This document shows positions 44,297 through 52,755 of a stretch of DNA of 64,000 nt, in pieces; the stretch's first letter is position 1, and every line of letters begins with the position of its first letter. The stretch covers positions 12,104-76,103 of the forward strand of contig DAOUJG010000015.1 of assembly GCA_034423015.1 (NCBI GenBank). Direction: 5' to 3'. The position numbers and the translations under genes are program-made. Source of the stretch: Dehalococcoidia bacterium. GTDB lineage: Bacteria; Chloroflexota; Dehalococcoidia; Lucifugimonadales; JAGWBF01. The notes below the pieces were generated by a model, which was not told the DNA's origin, made no database searches, and worked only from the letters and a program-made list of their open reading frames with translations.

Positions 44297-45376
44297 TTGG
44301 CAACCATCACCACCGTCACGGGAGACCTGGACGCCTCGAAGCTGGGGGCCACCTCGGTACACGAGCACGTGCTCCACGACCTGACCTTCTACCACCACGC
44401 CCTGTTCGAATATCCCCTGGAGCCCGCCGAGGCCGCCCTGGCCGAGGCTAAGCTTACCATTGACAAGCTGGCCGTCTCCAAGAGGAACCAGTTCCTGATA
44501 AAGGACGCCCTCCGCCTGGACGAGGAGGACGTGGCGGTGTCCGAGCTCAGGGACTTCAAGGCCCAGGGCGGAGACTGCATCGTCGACGTGACGGTGCCCG
44601 GCATGGGCCGGGACGTGGAGGCGCTGAGGAGGATAGCGGAGAAGGCGGAGATCAACCTGGTGGCGGCCACCGGCTGGTACGTCTCCATCTCCCACCCCCC
44701 TTATGTCAAGGAGAAGAGCGCGGACGAGCTTGCGGCCATCATGGTGGACGAGCTGACAGAGGGCATACGGGGCACGGACATCCGCGCGGGCGTCATAAAG
44801 TGCGCCGTCGGGGGCGTCACCGGCGACCCGAGAGCCCCGCTGGCCGACTACGCCATGCACCCCGACGAGGAGAAGGTTCTCAGGGCCGGCGTGCGGGCCC
44901 AGAAGGCCACCAACACCGCCATCACCCTTCACCCGTGCATATTCCGGCGGGACTGCCACGCCTATGTGGACGTGCTGGAGGAGGAGGGGGCGGACCTGGA
45001 CAAGTTCTGGATGAGCCACATGAGCGCCACCTATCCCGAGTTGGACGTGGACTACTGCCGAAGCCTGATGGACCGGGGAGTGAGCATCTCTTTCGACAAC
45101 TTCGGCTACGAGAAGTACTCGCAGATCACCGGCGGCACCAACATACCGGACAAGGACCGGGTGAACGCCCTGGTGGAGCTTTGCCGCGCCGGCTACGACG
45201 GCAAGATCATGCTGGCCCAGGACAACGGCCAGAAGGACCGTCTCAAGACGTACGGCGGGGACGGTTACTCCCACGTCCTGCAGAACATCGTCCCCCAGCT
45301 CCGCAGACGCGGGGTGACCGAGGCCCAGGTCCGAAACATGCTGGTCGAGAACCCCAGGCGCATGCTGGCGCGATAG
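44297..45376 (+). CDS. Phosphotriesterase-related (PTER/amidohydrolase-fold) protein
   Basis: ITTVTGDLDASKLGATSVHEHV (the HxH metal motif), IKCAVG, ITLHP and the C-terminal ...NPRRMLAR fit the family. TTG start with a GGAGGGGGG RBS. Confidence 0.75.
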   Translation: MATITTVTGDLDASKLGATSVHEHVLHDLTFYHHALFEYPLEPAEAALAEAKLTIDKLAVSKRNQFLIKDALRLDEEDVAVSELRDFKAQGGDCIVDVTVPGMGRDVEALRRIAEKAEINLVAATGWYVSISHPPYVKEKSADELAAIMVDELTEGIRGTDIRAGVIKCAVGGVTGDPRAPLADYAMHPDEEKVLRAGVRAQKATNTAITLHPCIFRRDCHAYVDVLEEEGADLDKFWMSHMSATYPELDVDYCRSLMDRGVSISFDNFGYEKYSQITGGTNIPDKDRVNALVELCRAGYDGKIMLAQDNGQKDRLKTYGGDGYSHVLQNIVPQLRRRGVTEAQVRNMLVENPRRMLAR

Positions 45377-45437
45377 GCTCCCAGACTGGCAGGCGGCGCC
45401 GGGGGCCAACGGCGGTCCGGCGACGGAGAGGAGGGAC

Positions 45438-46118
45438 ATGAGGCTACTGGTCATTACCGGGGGAAGACACCCCTACGAGGAGTCCACGCCCGTCCTGGAG
45501 GGGTTCCTGAAGGCCGCGGGCCACGACGTGACTGTCACCGACGACGCCGGCATCCTTTCCGACGGTCCCGGTATGAGCGCCTACGACGCCCTGGTGTTCA
45601 ACACCCTGAGGGAGGGCGACCTCGCCTTGGACGCCGGCCGGAAGGCCGGCATGAAGGAGTACATAAGCTCGGGCAAGGGTTTCGTTTGCATCCACATATC
45701 GGGATGCGTCCCGGCCGACTGGAACGAGTACGGCGACGTGACGGGCGGCGGATGGGTCATGGGCCGGAGCTTCCATCCGCCCTACGGGAAGTTCACCGTG
45801 AACGTAGCCAACGCCGGCCATCCCGGCGCCGCGGGAATCACGGACTTCACGACCAACGACGAGCTGTACATGGACATAGACTACAGGGACGGCAACGATG
45901 TGTTCCTGTCGGCGGAGTTCGAGGGAGGGACCCTGCCCAAGAACAGGGCGGACGGGGAGCCGATGCACATGCCCGGTGGGACCTTCCCATTGGGCTGGAC
46001 CCGCCGGTACGGCGGCGGGAAGGTGTTCGTCACACTGCTGGGCCACGACGGGCTCAGCTTCAAGACCCCCGAGTTCCAGAGGATGGTGCTGAACGGGGTC
46101 GACTGGTCGACGTCCTAG
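45438..46118 (+). CDS. ThuA-domain (trehalose-utilisation-like, class-I glutamine amidotransferase-like fold) protein
   Basis: MRLLVITGG.HPYE...YDALVFNT, GKGFVCIHIS and VFVTLLGHD match ThuA-like proteins. Confidence 0.7.
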   Translation: MRLLVITGGRHPYEESTPVLEGFLKAAGHDVTVTDDAGILSDGPGMSAYDALVFNTLREGDLALDAGRKAGMKEYISSGKGFVCIHISGCVPADWNEYGDVTGGGWVMGRSFHPPYGKFTVNVANAGHPGAAGITDFTTNDELYMDIDYRDGNDVFLSAEFEGGTLPKNRADGEPMHMPGGTFPLGWTRRYGGGKVFVTLLGHDGLSFKTPEFQRMVLNGVDWSTS

Positions 46119-46208
46119 ATCGGGCCTTTCCCCGACGCGAACCCCCACAGTCCCGTTGTGATTCGGAGGCGGGAAATGGTATAATCCCCTGGTAGGGTAA
46201 GATTGCCT

Positions 46209-46295
46209 GCCGAGGTGGTGGAACTGGTAGACACGCCATCTTGAGGGGGTGGTGGGCGTAAGCCTGTGTGGGTTCGAATCCCGCCCTCGGCACCA
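46209..46295 (+). tRNA. tRNA-Leu (anticodon GAG), CCA encoded
   Basis: Folded by hand. The acceptor is GCCGAGG/CCTCGGC. The anticodon stem is CCATC/GGTGG with loop TTGAGGG. There is a long variable arm, the T-loop is TTCGAAT, and the 3' end is ACCA. Confidence 0.9.
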
Positions 46296-46343
46296 GTGGC
46301 GAGGCACCGTTGGAGCCCCTGGGCAGCGGTGGGCATCCCTAGT

Positions 46344-46420
46344 GGCGACGTAGCCAAGTGGACTAAGGCGGAGGTCTGCAAAACCTCTATTCGGCGGTTC
46401 GAATCCGCCCGTCGCCTCCA
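46344..46420 (+). tRNA. tRNA-Cys (anticodon GCA), CCA encoded
   Basis: The acceptor is GGCGACG/CGTCGCC. The anticodon stem is GAGGT/ACCTC with loop CTGCAAA. The T-arm is GGCGG-TTCGAAT-CCGCC, and the 3' end is TCCA. Confidence 0.9.
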
Positions 46421-46434
46421 TACGAGCACTAGGA

Positions 46435-46475
46435 CGCGGGAGGAAGCCAGCCGTCCCTCCCGCGTTTTTCTTTTT
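46435..46475 (+). terminator. Rho-independent terminator between tRNA-Cys and the second tRNA-Leu
   Basis: CGCGGGAGG-aagccagccgtc-CCTCCCGCG is followed by TTTTTCTTTTT. Confidence 0.75.
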
Positions 46476-46485
46476 GGCAAACGGC

Positions 46486-46571
46486 GCCGAGGTGGCGGAA
46501 CGGTAGACGCGGCGGACTTAAAATCCGCTGCCCGCAAGGGCGTGTGGGTTCGAATCCCTCCCTCGGCACCA
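46486..46571 (+). tRNA. tRNA-Leu (anticodon TAA), CCA encoded
   Basis: The acceptor is GCCGAGG/CCTCGGC. The anticodon stem is GCGGA/TCCGC with loop CTTAAAA. There is a long variable arm, the T-loop is TTCGAAT (one T:T mismatch in the T-stem), and the 3' end is ACCA. Confidence 0.85.
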
Positions 46572-46667
46572 TAGCACCGTCCGCAGCCGTCCTTGTAAGT
46601 ACGTGTCCTTGGCGCCCATACGGCCGAGCCTCCGTGACATCATCCTGATTGATGGTCGACACGTGAA

Positions 46668-46696
46668 TTGACAGGGGTACTACACTAACCTATACT
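46668..46696 (+). promoter_or_regulatory. Near-consensus sigma70 promoter (TTGACA - 17 nt - TATACT) for the DUF3883-like/PIN pair
   Basis: TTGACA at 46668-46673 and TATACT at 46691-46696, in an AT-rich spacer about 45 nt upstream of the ATG at 46741. Confidence 0.6.
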
Positions 46697-46740
46697 GCGA
46701 AAAGCACACTAATTACTAACTATGTGAGGCACCTAGCGTA

Positions 46741-47673
46741 ATGGAGCCATCGCCAGCTACATTCTGGGAGCATGTCTACGACCTGCGCAAACGTGGGTTG
46801 ATCCCCCGCGTATGGAAGACCGGGCAGCTTGGCAGGTTCCTGGAGCGCCCCGAGGGTCCATACGCTCCGGGAACGGTAAGAACGGACCCTTTCAACTACA
46901 GCATTTCGCTGGAGGGAGACAGGATCGGATTCTTCGTCATGAAAGGAGAGGCCCCCAAGGCGTGGCGGGTAGGACGGGGACAGTTCCAGCTGATCGCGGA
47001 CCCCGAGGACGACATGTCGACCCGGGAGTCCGAGCTGAGCCTGGGGATAGAGCGGGCTGAGGAGCTCAGGTCAAGGAAGAGGCCAAGAACCTACCGTCAG
47101 AAGGACGCTGCCCCGTCGGTCCTCGACCGCCCCGATCAGCCCACCGCGCTCACCGAGTCCGCGCCCAGCTTTCCCGACCCGTATCCGTCGATACCGGTGA
47201 CCCTAACCTCAACAGAACGCCAGGCCCTGGCCGGACATAGCATGGAACGGCGGGCCCTGTATATCGTGCACAAGCACCTCAGGGACAGGTATGGGGGCCG
47301 GGCCAGAATCGAGGAGGACCAGGAGGGCTCGGACCTTAGGGTATCTATAGGCGGTAAGACTGAGAGAATAGAGGTGAAGGGCACAGAATCACCCACCATA
47401 GCATGGCACCAGCTGAAAGTGTCCAGTCAGGAGTCGCACGACGTTCTGAAGAGTGGTGGTGCGTCGATGTATCGAGTTGTCGACCTCGGAGGCGCCAATC
47501 CTCGCATCTACGTCTTGACATACGGCCGGCACTTCACCCTGGAGCCCGAACCCAGATGGGCCGTGAAGCTAATCGAGCCCAAAGACGACCGATACCCCCT
47601 GAGAGGAGAGCCTTATCGGTACGACCTCCCGTACGACCCGGTAGCGGTGGACGAGTGGGAGGTCCAGGAGTGA
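46741..47673 (+). CDS. Hypothetical protein with a C-terminal DUF3883 / PD-(D/E)xK nuclease-like domain
   Basis: 310 aa. The C-terminal part, ...EEDQEGSDLRVSIGGKTERIEVKGTESPTIAWHQLKVSSQESHDVLKSGGASMYRVVDL, shows the D...(E)xK core and the IEVKGT signature I associate with DUF3883. The N-terminal 150 aa are unrecognised. Confidence 0.55.
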   Translation: MEPSPATFWEHVYDLRKRGLIPRVWKTGQLGRFLERPEGPYAPGTVRTDPFNYSISLEGDRIGFFVMKGEAPKAWRVGRGQFQLIADPEDDMSTRESELSLGIERAEELRSRKRPRTYRQKDAAPSVLDRPDQPTALTESAPSFPDPYPSIPVTLTSTERQALAGHSMERRALYIVHKHLRDRYGGRARIEEDQEGSDLRVSIGGKTERIEVKGTESPTIAWHQLKVSSQESHDVLKSGGASMYRVVDLGGANPRIYVLTYGRHFTLEPEPRWAVKLIEPKDDRYPLRGEPYRYDLPYDPVAVDEWEVQE

Positions 47674-48062
47674 TCGCGCTGGACACCCACGCCTGGGTAT
47701 GGTGGACCGTCGACCCTGATCGACTGAGCGAAAGGCAGCGTCGGGAGATCTCCAACAACGAAGGCGACCGGATAGGCGTCAGCGCCATCTCCTGCTGGGA
47801 GGTGGCCAAACTGTGCCAGTACGGACGCCTGGCATTGCCCGTTGGGCTGCCCGAGTGGTTCCACGTAGCGCTGCAGTATCCGGGCATCTCACTCTTGGAC
47901 CTGACACCCGAGATCGCCATCGAATCGACAGTCCTGCCAGGGAGCTTTCACCGGGACCCTTCCGACCAGATCATCGTCGCCACGGCCAGAGTGCACCGCT
48001 GTCCCCTTGTAACCTCCGACGACAAGATCTCCGCCTACCCCCACGTGCAGACGGTGCAGTAG
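47670..48062 (+). CDS. vapC: PIN-domain ribonuclease, type II toxin VapC family
   Basis: VIALDTHAWVWW...DPDRLS......I......IGVSAISCWEVAKL...G.L.L........W..........LDLTPEIA.....LPGSFHRDPSDQIIVATARVH.CPLVTSDDKI is the classic VapC pattern with the acidic residues in place. The GTG start overlaps the upstream stop (GTGA). Confidence 0.85.
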   Translation: MIALDTHAWVWWTVDPDRLSERQRREISNNEGDRIGVSAISCWEVAKLCQYGRLALPVGLPEWFHVALQYPGISLLDLTPEIAIESTVLPGSFHRDPSDQIIVATARVHRCPLVTSDDKISAYPHVQTVQ

Positions 48063-48083
48063 CCGCCTGTGGCGTGACCTCCG

Positions 48084-48110
48084 AACGCCCTCCCGCCCAG
48101 GAGGGCGTTT
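48084..48110. terminator. Hairpin terminator between convergent genes
   Basis: AACGCCCTCC-cgccca-GGAGGGCGTT is followed by T(C)T. It lies between the PIN stop (48062) and the SDR stop (48138). Confidence 0.6.
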
Positions 48111-48137
48111 CTACGTGACCTGGCCTGGGACCGGGTG

Positions 48138-49004
48138 TCAGGCCCCGCTGGTCCAGTCGTGCCGGGGTTTCCACCCCAGGAGCCGGGCCGCCTTCTCGGT
48201 GCTGATGACGCTGGCGTTGGCCTCCAGCCGTCCACGGACCTCGACCCGGTGGCCGAAGTTGGCCCTGATCAGGTCCATGGTAGGCTCCCGGAACCTGTTG
48301 GAGGGCTGGGCCAGCAGAAACGCCTCGTGGCCCTGGGTCTCCGCTTCCAGCGCCAGCACGTGGGCCTCCGCCACATCCCGGGGGTCGGCATACGCCCACA
48401 TCACCAGGGTCAGGGGACTCTCCGGGGTGGGCGCCGGCCACGGGAACCGGGCCTGCTGCTCGGGGAACACCACGTTGGTGAAGCGAAGGCTGACAACGGA
48501 AGTCGAGGAGCTCCGGGCGACCATCTGCCCGATGACCTCCCCGACCTGCTTGGACAGCCCGTAGGGCTCGAAGGGCATCATGGGGTGCTCCTCGTCCAGG
48601 GGCAGGTAGAGTGGAACGAAGGCGGCCCCGTCGTGGGCCCACCCCATCCCGAAGGCGCTGGAGGAGAAGACCACCCGCCGCAGCCCCTTCTCCGCCGCAG
48701 CGGTCATCACGTTGAAGGTGCTCTCGACGTTGTTCTCGAAGATCTCCGGGGGGTCGGCCCGGAGTGGCCCGGGGATGGCCCCCATGTGGACCACGGCCTC
48801 AGCGCCGTCCAGCAGGCCCTTCACCACCTCCGGGTCCAAAAGATCGCCCTGGACAACCTCCATCGAGGGGTCGTCCGAGGGCAACCTGTCCGTGGCGACG
48901 ACCTCATAGCCCCGCTCCCGGAGGAGGCGGGCCACGAGCCTTCCCAGTCGTCCAGCGGCGCCGGTGACCACTACCGGCCCGGCCGGCCGGGCAGTCGAGG
49001 CCAT
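48138..49004 (-). CDS. NAD-dependent epimerase/dehydratase (extended SDR)
   Basis: VVVTGAAGRLGRLVARLLRERGYEVVATDR (Rossmann TGxxGxxG) and a YGLSK catalytic motif. Its ATG lies 4 nt after the upstream gene's stop. Confidence 0.85.
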   Translation of the reverse strand: MASTARPAGPVVVTGAAGRLGRLVARLLRERGYEVVATDRLPSDDPSMEVVQGDLLDPEVVKGLLDGAEAVVHMGAIPGPLRADPPEIFENNVESTFNVMTAAAEKGLRRVVFSSSAFGMGWAHDGAAFVPLYLPLDEEHPMMPFEPYGLSKQVGEVIGQMVARSSSTSVVSLRFTNVVFPEQQARFPWPAPTPESPLTLVMWAYADPRDVAEAHVLALEAETQGHEAFLLAQPSNRFREPTMDLIRANFGHRVEVRGRLEANASVISTEKAARLLGWKPRHDWTSGA

Positions 49005-49008
49005 GCTC

Positions 49009-50262
49009 CTAGATGTCCACCTTGGTCTGGCTGGCCTCGGAGCCGATGCCGGGCATGTGGCCCAGGCGCTTTCTGCGTACCGGGCGCAGCCTTAGCTTCT
49101 TGCCCATGGCCAACATGCCCCGGCTCCCCTCCTCGGTGGAGAAGACGGGCATCTCTCCCGAGGGGAAGTAGCCCTTGTTGGGGAGGGTGTACGCCTCCAG
49201 CTCGTCGGTCCCCTTGCCCAGGATCTTGCCCGTTTCGTTGTAGTGGTCCAGGACCTCCTTCAGGCCGTACCTCTGGACGGGGCAGACCTTTATGCAGACG
49301 CTGCAGCCGTCGTACTGGCCCAGCATGGGCAGGCAGCGGTCGGCGATGGTCTTGTACTTGAGGGCGCCCCGCCACCAGACCTTCACCTTGGGCAGGGCCT
49401 TGCCCGGGCAGCGCCGCACGCAGACCTGGCACTTCTCGCACAGCTTGTTGATGCCGTAGTCCACTGGCTTGTCGTGGCTGAGGGGCGCGTCGGTGGAGAA
49501 GGCGCACAGGCGGATGCGGCTCCCGAACATGGGTGTCAGGAGCTGGCCGTTGGCCCCCATCTGTCCCAGCCCGGCCGCGACGGCGTAGGGCAGCGCCGGG
49601 GCCAGGCTGAGCTGGATGCCCCCCTGGCTGGCGACCACGAACTGGACCCGGTAGCCGGTGGAGCGCACCCAGTCCGCCAGCTTGACCGCCAGGCTGTAGG
49701 AGGGGATGGTCGCCTTGAAGTTGGACATGTACGACTCGATGCTAGGGGACGTCTGGACGGGCTCCCAGGGCTGCTCTATGCCCACGATGACCAGGTTCTT
49801 GAACTTGGCCCGCCGCTTGAAGTCCTTGAAGACGTACTTTCGCTCGAACTTGGTTATACCCACCACGGCGAAGCCCATCTCCTTGGCCTTGGCCTTGAGG
49901 GCGCCGGCCAGGTCCGCGGAGGGGTCCTTCTTCCTGGAGGCCGGTTTGAGATGGTACGACCAGACTGTCTTGCGCAGCTCCTCCAACTCCTCGCCGTGCA
50001 TCTCTGTGGCCACCTGCGAGTGGCTCTTGGCGGTGGTGATGTCCCTGTGCTGCCTGCCCATGTAGGCATCGTACAACTCGTAGTTGGGGGTCCTGAAGAA
50101 GGGCTGCTCGGGATAGGCGTAGGCGTGGTACCGCTCGTCCGCGGGCCGGGTGGGGTTCCCGGGGACTGTCTTGAGCTCGTCGGGCACGTTCAGCGACTCG
50201 ATGAACCGCTCCTTGTCGCCGTCGGTGATGAAGGTCGAATCGTAGGATGGCTCCTGGGTCAT
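49009..50262 (-). CDS. Double [4Fe-4S]-cluster protein of the reductive-dehalogenase / epoxyqueuosine-reductase (QueG) superfamily
   Basis: AAGLGQMGANGQLLTPMFGSRIRL (the QueG/RdhA-like AGLG..G.N..L motif), followed by CEKCQVCVRRCP and CSVCIKVCP ferredoxin motifs. No Tat signal is present. The start is placed at MTQEPS (50262), which has an AGGAGG RBS. Confidence 0.65.
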   Translation of the reverse strand: MTQEPSYDSTFITDGDKERFIESLNVPDELKTVPGNPTRPADERYHAYAYPEQPFFRTPNYELYDAYMGRQHRDITTAKSHSQVATEMHGEELEELRKTVWSYHLKPASRKKDPSADLAGALKAKAKEMGFAVVGITKFERKYVFKDFKRRAKFKNLVIVGIEQPWEPVQTSPSIESYMSNFKATIPSYSLAVKLADWVRSTGYRVQFVVASQGGIQLSLAPALPYAVAAGLGQMGANGQLLTPMFGSRIRLCAFSTDAPLSHDKPVDYGINKLCEKCQVCVRRCPGKALPKVKVWWRGALKYKTIADRCLPMLGQYDGCSVCIKVCPVQRYGLKEVLDHYNETGKILGKGTDELEAYTLPNKGYFPSGEMPVFSTEEGSRGMLAMGKKLRLRPVRRKRLGHMPGIGSEASQTKVDI

Positions 50263-50455
50263 GGCAAGCCTCCTCTGCTCGGCGTGGGGTGGGCACGCAC
50301 CAACCATACGCCAAGGCCCGTCGGGGTGTCAATCTGGGCGGCTCGCAGGCCAAGCCATGCCCATGGGCCCCGCTATGTCCCCGGGATGGGGCACAGGCCG
50401 CTGCGGGTAACGTAGTATACTGGAGCCGTAGGAGTCCGAGGGAGGCAGAAGCGAC

Positions 50456-51238
50456 ATGCGCAAGAACACGCTGAAGGAGAAGCTGGCCGCGGGCAAGGCG
50501 GTCTTCGGCGTCCAGGTGAACTATCCCACCCCGCCGATCGTGGAGATGCTGGGGTACATGGGTTTCGACTGGGTCCTGATCGACAACGAGCACGGCAGCA
50601 TAACCGTGGACAACTCGGAGCCGATGATCGCGGCATCGGAGCTGGCCGGTATCGCTCCCATAGTGAGGCCCGTGGGGAACCGGCCGGAGATCATCGCGCC
50701 CTTCCTGGACCGGGGGGCCTGGGGAGTCCAGGTCCCCCACGTCAACACGGCCGACGAGGCCAGGGCCGTAGTGGACGCGGTCAAGTACGAGCCCGTCGGC
50801 CATCGGGGCATCTACGGCATGGGGCGCCCGTCCCTGTTCGGCACCGCGGGCTCCGTCGGAGAGTACATAGAGCAGGCCAACCGGGAGACCCTGGTGTGCC
50901 TGATGATCGAAGAGGCGGTGGCCATAGAGAACCTGCCCGAGATCGTCCAGGTGGAAGGGGTCGACGTGCTGTTCATCGGGTCGGGGGACCTGTCCGTGTC
51001 CATGGGCTACCCGGGAGAGCAGGCGCACCCCGAGGTGCAGCGCATGATGGAACGGGGCGTGAAGGTGATCATGGGCTCCGGCAAGGTGGCGGGCGTCAGC
51101 GGGCCCGACGACACCATCGCCAAGTACCTGGACATGGGCGTCCAGTACTATCACAGCACCGTGGACCGGCTCCTCCACGCCTCGGCCCGCTCCTACCTGG
51201 AGGCGATGCACGGGAGGGCCGCCCAGGCCGGCCTGTAG
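50456..51238 (+). CDS. HpcH/HpaI-family aldolase (2-keto-3-deoxy-acid aldolase)
   Basis: LKEKLAAGKAVFGVQVNYPTPPIVEMLGYMGFDWVLIDNEHG, ...VRP.....I...LD.GA.G(V)..PHV.T and FIGSGDLS are typical. Confidence 0.85.
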   Translation: MRKNTLKEKLAAGKAVFGVQVNYPTPPIVEMLGYMGFDWVLIDNEHGSITVDNSEPMIAASELAGIAPIVRPVGNRPEIIAPFLDRGAWGVQVPHVNTADEARAVVDAVKYEPVGHRGIYGMGRPSLFGTAGSVGEYIEQANRETLVCLMIEEAVAIENLPEIVQVEGVDVLFIGSGDLSVSMGYPGEQAHPEVQRMMERGVKVIMGSGKVAGVSGPDDTIAKYLDMGVQYYHSTVDRLLHASARSYLEAMHGRAAQAGL

Positions 51239-51274
51239 GATGGCCCCACCCGCCGGAGTCGAGTCGGGAGCGCG

Positions 51275-52303
51275 CTATCCCGCGGCGGCGGCGGGCACCT
51301 TGCCCACCGCCTGTGCCACGGCATGGACCTGGGACATCAATCCGTCGAAGACCTCAAAGGTGAGGGCCTGGGCGCCGTCACACTTGGCCACGGCGGGATT
51401 GGGGTGCACGTCTATGATGACGCCGTGGGCGCCGGCGGCCACCGCGGCCAGGGTCATGGGCGGCACCAGGTTGGCCCTGCCGGTGCTGTGGCTGGGGTCG
51501 GCGATGACGGGCAGGTGGCTGAGGTCCTGGATGACGGGGATGGCCGACAGGTCCATGGTGAACCTGGTGCCCGACTCGAAGGTGCGGATGCCCCTCTCGC
51601 ACAGTATCACCTGGCTGTTGCCACCCGAGAGGATGTACTCCGCGGCCAGCAGCCACTCCTCGTAGGTTGAGGAGAAGCCACGCTTCAGCAGGACCGGCTT
51701 GTTGGCCTTCCCAACCGCGTCCAGGAGGTTGAAGTTCTGGGCGTTCCGGGTGCCTATCTGCAGGGCGTCGGCGTACTGGGCCACCATCCCCACGTCCTCG
51801 GGGGTCATCACCTCGGTGATGATGGGAAGCCCGGTGTCCACTCTCGCCTTGGCCAGAAGCTGGAGGCCGTGCACGCCGGTGCCCCGGAAGCTGTAGGGAG
51901 ACGACCGGGGCTTGAACGCGCCTCCCCGCAGGATGGTGGCCCCGGCCGCCTTGACAGCCCTGGCGGTGAGGATCACCTGCTCCTCGTCCTCCACGGCGCA
52001 GGGGCCGGCCATGACCGTCAGCTCGTGATTGCCCACCAGCACGTCGCCCACCCTCACGACCGTGTCCTCAGACTTGAATTCGCGGCTCGATAGCTTGTAG
52101 GGCTTGGAGATGAGCACTACTTCGAGGACGCCGTCCATCAGCTGCAACTCGTCCTTTAGTTCCACGAACGTCTGGCCCAGCACGCCGACCACGGTGCGCT
52201 CGACGCCCTCGGAGACCTGGGCCTGGAGGCCGTGCCCCTCTATCCGCTCGCGGACGCCCTCTAGCTGCTCCTTGCTGCTGTCCTTCCGCATTACTACAAT
52301 CAT
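51275..52303 (-). CDS. 3-deoxy-7-phosphoheptulonate (DAHP) synthase, type I-beta with an N-terminal ferredoxin-like regulatory domain
   Basis: MIVVMRKDSSKEQLEGVRERIEGHG (the FL/ACT-like domain), then GPCAVE, ILRGGAFKPRSSPYSFRG, QIGTRNAQNF, LKRG and DPSH motifs. Confidence 0.9.
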   Translation of the reverse strand: MIVVMRKDSSKEQLEGVRERIEGHGLQAQVSEGVERTVVGVLGQTFVELKDELQLMDGVLEVVLISKPYKLSSREFKSEDTVVRVGDVLVGNHELTVMAGPCAVEDEEQVILTARAVKAAGATILRGGAFKPRSSPYSFRGTGVHGLQLLAKARVDTGLPIITEVMTPEDVGMVAQYADALQIGTRNAQNFNLLDAVGKANKPVLLKRGFSSTYEEWLLAAEYILSGGNSQVILCERGIRTFESGTRFTMDLSAIPVIQDLSHLPVIADPSHSTGRANLVPPMTLAAVAAGAHGVIIDVHPNPAVAKCDGAQALTFEVFDGLMSQVHAVAQAVGKVPAAAAG

Positions 52304-52389
52304 GTCGAGATATCCTTTCCGGAGGGGTGGCTATCCGGGGCGGGGCCGTCGCCGCCGCCCGGCAGCCTCGTTGGAGGCCGGTGCAACCT

Positions 52390-52755
52390 TCAGGTCTGGG
52401 ACGCCTCCTCCTTGAGATGGACGGCGCCCTTCAGGTAGACGTTCACCAGGTCCATGGCCTTGTCGACGTTTACCAGCAGCAGGACCCGGATGCACATTCC
52501 GGTGCTGCCGGGCACGGCGATGTCGTGGCCGCACATGAGGGCAGTATGTTCCCATCCCATCTCCCGGACCGCCGTGGCCGGGAAGGCCGCGTCCAGGTCC
52601 TGGGTGGTGGTGAAGAATACGGCGGCCACCTGGTCTTCCACCACACGGTTGGCCGAGACCATCTTCTGGAACAGCTCCGAAGTGGCGGCGAAGATTGACT
52701 CCCTGGTGTTGGCCTCGCAGGTAGTCGCGCCGCGAATGCCCCGGCAGACTATCAT
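52390..52755 (-). CDS. aroH: Chorismate mutase, AroH class
   Basis: MIVCRGIRGATTCEANTRESI......L........N.V..D.VAAVFFTTTQDLDAAFPA matches AroH (the RGA-T motif). Its start overlaps the trpA stop (ATGA). Confidence 0.85.
   Translation of the reverse strand: MIVCRGIRGATTCEANTRESIFAATSELFQKMVSANRVVEDQVAAVFFTTTQDLDAAFPATAVREMGWEHTALMCGHDIAVPGSTGMCIRVLLLVNVDKAMDLVNVYLKGAVHLKEEASQT

Noticed and set aside
45444-46421. 325-aa minus-strand ORF, with related ORFs at 46060..46293, 46115..46537 and 46429..46662, spanning the tRNA cluster.
   Set aside because: They run antisense through the ThuA gene and across three well-folded tRNA genes. I consider them spurious.
48081-48100. Possible attR-like duplicate of the tRNA-Leu(TAA) 3' end (cgaatccctccctcgg versus cgaacgccctcccgcc) that would delimit an integrated element at 46572..48100.
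   Set aside because: The similarity is only patchy and requires an indel. The segment is better explained as one arm of the terminator hairpin, and no integrase is present.
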